IMG/VR virus record: IMGVR_UViG_3300050505_000464
DNA length: 61,384 bases
Source of the DNA: a virus
Reading direction: 5' to 3' (one strand)
Each line of letters starts with the position of its first letter. Position 1 is the stretch's first letter. The notes below the pieces were generated by a model. It did no database searches and was not told where the DNA came from. It saw only the letters and a program-made list of their open reading frames with translations. The position numbers and the translations under genes are program-made. Below, one piece after another: positions 58,436 to 61,384 of this stretch.

Positions 58436-59102
58436 CGGGCCAATCGCGCTCGGTGAGGTCTTTGATTGCCTCGGCGACCGCGTCGCTTTCGATGACGGCA
58501 ACGACGCCGCATGATTGACGGGCTGCAGTAACCAGCGGGCAGTCTGCGTCGTGGATCCGAGCGGCGTTGTGCGAGTCCGCGCGCTTATTGAAGAGCAATA
58601 CGTGCGCCATGGTGGGCTAGGCTCCGAGCAAGCGCATGTCGGCTTGGCGCTCGGCGTAGGTGAGGCTCATCACGGGCTTGCCGGTGGCGTATTCTATCGC
58701 GTGCAGATAGCAGAGACGGATCTGCGGCGTCCAGATCTGGCGCTCGGCATTCCAGGTTGCTACCTCGCGGGTGATGTCCAGCGCGCACTGGTACGGAAGG
58801 CCCCCATTGGGGCGCCAGATCGAGCAGAGATGCGTGGGGACGCCGTGCTGGTGCGGAATGACGGTGATGCGTGGCTCGGTCATGCGGGCTTCGGCTTCGG
58901 CATGTAGCCGGCCTTGTCGAGATCTTCGGGCGATATGTCCGGATCGAACGGCGGAAAGCAACAAGGTGCTTCGGTGAGATCGGCCTGCTCACCGGCGACC
59001 GAATAAGTTACCCCTTGTGGGGTCACGTCCCGGTAGCAGTTGCACTGCTCGCAGCAGGACCGCTCGAGGCCCGGCATCGATAGCGCCCAGCGAAAGTCGT
59101 GC

Positions 59103-59351
59103 TTACGGAGCGGCATGAGGGGGCTTTTGCGATAGATCGAAGTAGCTGAAAATGATCTCATCGGGTGGGTCGGATGAGTCTCCGAGTGCGTGGAGCATGA
59201 TGCCCTTGGCATTGGCCAAGGCATGCTTCGGATCCGTGCCGCGCGTCTCGACGCTGCCCCATGGGGCTTTTGCGATGGCGAGATAGGGTAAGAGCCGGTC
59301 TGCGCGATCGGAGTTCGGGTCCTCTAGCACGCAAGTGATGTAGATCTTCAT
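59103..59351 (-). CDS. Small HicB-N-like fold protein
   Basis: YLA...ETRGTDPKHALANAK resembles the TxGxTxxEAxxNA pattern. Confidence 0.35.
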   Translation of the reverse strand: MKIYITCVLEDPNSDRADRLLPYLAIAKAPWGSVETRGTDPKHALANAKGIMLHALGDSSDPPDEIIFSYFDLSQKPPHAAP

Positions 59352-59553
59352 GCGCTGACTTTCTTGGTGCGGGGCGGCTTAGGCAAACAATGCCAGGGCG
59401 TGACGTAGGGTCGCTCGAAGCGACTGGGGAAGAAGTTTTCGCTCCACTCCCACTGCTTCATATCGAGCTCGGTCTCCCGGATCGAGGTCTTCGTGCCGAC
59501 GAGCGGGCGCGGCTTGTTCTTGACCTGGAATGCGCCGATGGTGACGGTGCGTC

Positions 59554-59739
59554 TCATGCCGATCTCGTGGCCCCGTCGATTGCCTCGGCGAGGTCCCCTC
59601 GGTCGTAGGCTTTGACGCTCGTGTCTCCGTGCACGTAGGCGTGGTAAACACCGTGCTCGAAGTTGAGGTGGAGCTTGAGGCCGGCCTTGTCGAGACGGGC
59701 TTTGACTTCGCGGAGCGTGAGATCTGGGCTGATTTGCAT
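59554..59739 (-). CDS. Hypothetical protein, first gene of short leftward unit (58380-59739)
   Basis: AGGA RBS; followed by a run of small same-strand ORFs. Confidence 0.55.
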   Translation of the reverse strand: MQISPDLTLREVKARLDKAGLKLHLNFEHGVYHAYVHGDTSVKAYDRGDLAEAIDGATRSA

Positions 59740-59753
59740 GGTCCTACCCCGGG

Positions 59754-59790
59754 TTGACTGTGCCATCACACTGATGGTACGGTGATAGCA
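59754..59790 (+). promoter_or_regulatory. Promoter/operator in second divergent region
   Basis: TTGACT-18bp-TACGGT with TGn; palindrome CCATCA-cac-TGATGG; GTGATAGCA shared with 17755-17763. Confidence 0.55.
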
Positions 59791-59845
59791 CGTACGCCGA
59801 AGCTGTGACAATCTTCCCCCACCGAGAACGGATCTCCTCAAAGTC

Positions 59846-60091
59846 ATGACCGCCCGAGAATTTTGCTACTGGCTCCAGGGTTTCTTCGAGCTGAGCGCTC
59901 AGGGAGCTGACCCTGGCATGCCGCAGCTGAGTGCGCAGCAAGCTCAGGCGATCAAGAACCACCTGGCCATGGTGTTCAAGCACGAGATCGATCCGAGCGC
60001 GGGCTCGGCGGTGCGTCAGCAAGAGCTGAGCTCGATCCACGCAGGGCAGGGGACGCCGTTCGATCCGCATTCGACGTTGATCAGGTGCTAG
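59846..60091 (+). CDS. Conserved-type small phage protein
   Basis: MTAREFCYWLQGFFEL...IKNHLAMVF motif. Confidence 0.7.
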   Translation: MTAREFCYWLQGFFELSAQGADPGMPQLSAQQAQAIKNHLAMVFKHEIDPSAGSAVRQQELSSIHAGQGTPFDPHSTLIRC

Positions 60092-60302
60092 GAAGGAGCG
60101 AGGAGATGAGGAAAAGTATCGGGTCTTGTTCCCTCTGCGGAGGGCGCGTGTGTGTCCCGGAGCACTGGATGGGCGTCAATCCGCCCGTGCCGACCTGTGA
60201 GCAGTGCGGGGCGCAAGCGAAGCCCTTCGGGCCGGTCATCGAGATGGAGCCGAAGAAAACTGACCGGTCATTCATGTCGCTGTTCATGGGCGGGCCGCCT
60301 CG

Positions 60303-60620
60303 GTGAGCATCCTCCGCTCAACCCTCGATTCGCTCGCCGGGATGCTCTCGGTGCGCGGTGATCAGATCGAAGACGCGCTCGCGAGCGAGAAGCTCGTACG
60401 CGCGGGCATGGATCGGCGCGGGTTTTTTCGGGGCACGACGGCCGCTGTGGCAGCCCTCGCGCTGCCGACGGGATTGATCATGGCGGAGGCGCCGAAGGTC
60501 GCGCTAGCGTCGAGCCTGTCGCTCGCCGCAAACCTTGCCGCGATCGATCAAATAAATAGGCACATGCTGCCTCTGTTCGCGACGGTATTGCCGTACCTGC
60601 AATACCGGTATAGGCTATAG
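60303..60620 (+). CDS. Hypothetical protein with twin-arginine-like motif
   Basis: MDRRGFF followed by hydrophobic stretch. Confidence 0.5.
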   Translation: MSILRSTLDSLAGMLSVRGDQIEDALASEKLVRAGMDRRGFFRGTTAAVAALALPTGLIMAEAPKVALASSLSLAANLAAIDQINRHMLPLFATVLPYLQYRYRL

Positions 60621-61020
60621 CCAAGCGGTGGCGCCACGTGCAGTGAAGATCTAGCTCAGCCACTGATGCCCCGCCGCCAGCGTGACGACGCCACCGAAAT
60701 CAGCGAATCGGACCTCCTCTTGGAGTGTTACTTGGCCGCGAGCGATCAGCGCTTTGCCGAAGAACTCGGTTTTCGCGGGGAAGCCATCGAGCCTGCCCCG
60801 TTTTTGGGCCCGCACTGCATCGAGCGGAGCGGATACCTCGGCCCCATCGTCCCGATGGATGATTGCATCCTGATCGTGCTGAAGAAGTTCGGCCAGGCGG
60901 GGAACATTCTTCGGAATAAGCTACGGCGTGCGTCGATCCGTCGGAAGCGCCGAGCGGGGCGTGACTTGACTCCGAAAGAAAAGCTCCGCGAGAGTATGGA
61001 CAAATCCTACGCGCGTCGCG

Positions 61021-61384
61021 TCAAAGCCAAAGCCAAGCAGCGGCCCCCGCGCCCGCCACGACCGCTCCACCCAGCATCCACGGCCACGCCGCCTCCCCGA
61101 GCTTCAGGTAAGTGAGCGCCGAGTTATTGTAGACGACGAGCTGCATCGAGTAGTCGGCGTCCTCGAAGAAATTGAAAGCGTTCTTGCCGGGCGAGCACTG
61201 CACGCAATTGCTCCCGCTGCCCGCGTTGTACACCGATCCCAGGTACGGCAGCTCGCAGCGCCAGGGGCAGCTCGTGCTCGCGCAAAGCGTCTTGATGAAG
61301 GCGACGCCCACCGGGATGTTGATGCTCGGATCGAGCAATTGCTCGCGCGAGTACTTCGAAAAGTACTGGGGCATGAGCTGCATC
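61021..61384 (-). CDS. SLT-type lytic transglycosylase, 3' part, with C-terminal TM anchor
   Basis: MQLMP, LLDPSINI..G, YNAG; ends WPWMLGGAVVAGAGAAAWLWL; runs off window edge. Confidence 0.82.
   Translation of the reverse strand, partial: MQLMPQYFSKYSREQLLDPSINIPVGVAFIKTLCASTSCPWRCELPYLGSVYNAGSGSNCVQCSPGKNAFNFFEDADYSMQLVVYNNSALTYLKLGEAAWPWMLGGAVVAGAGAAAWLWL

Larger units (their letters stand above)
1..61384. mobile_element. Segment of a large bacteriophage/prophage genome
   Basis: Dense small ORFs with ATGA/GTGA overlaps in long co-directional arms; phage-type replication initiator plus DnaC-like pair, lysozyme, fibre proteins, DNA MTase; no host housekeeping operons. No integrase or att site seen. 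Confidence 0.9.

Noticed and set aside
60666-61115. 149-aa basic ORF as a known DNA-binding family
   Set aside because: Possibly coding, but no recognisable motif and its 3' end overlaps the convergent SLT gene; left unassigned.
1-61384. tRNA/rRNA genes or alternative genetic code
   Set aside because: No cloverleaf or rRNA signatures noticed by eye (tRNAscan not run); recognisable genes are intact under the standard code.

Overview
High-GC window with densely packed, often stop/start-overlapping genes. It reads as part of a large bacteriophage or prophage genome. The host is plausibly Myxococcota: there is a Gly/Ala-linker lipoprotein, a stand-alone receiver domain and a type IV pilin-like gene. 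All family calls are motif recognition by eye; no database search was run. Layout: (i) 1-17.7 kb, leftward early/replication arm with many small Cys/His-rich ORFs, a P-loop kinase, a pilin-like gene, a DnaC-like protein with a degenerate P-loop, a replication initiator with 11-bp-phased iterons, an oppositely oriented AbrB-Doc toxin-antitoxin pair, a MazG-like gene and a DnaN beta clamp. (ii) 17.8-23.6 kb, rightward accessory ORFs including a SLOG protein. (iii) 23.6-55.2 kb, mostly rightward late/structural region. It holds seven fibre/spike-like proteins that share one ~55-75 aa module ending in G-x-G-[RC]W, four of them collagen-like, interleaved with four glycosyltransferase genes, a 2OG-Fe(II) oxygenase, a DNA methyltransferase, a response regulator, a sigma factor and lysis-type genes. 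(iv) 55.2-61.4 kb, an Ocr-like acidic protein, a modular protein punctuated by a recurring xxxN[AS] motif, a CHAP-like peptidase, a FliA-like sigma factor and a membrane-anchored transglycosylase. A recurring promoter (A-tract, TTG[CA], 17-18 bp spacer, G-TAGnnT) precedes most late units. No terminase, portal, HK97 capsid, integrase, tRNA, rRNA or CRISPR array was recognised.
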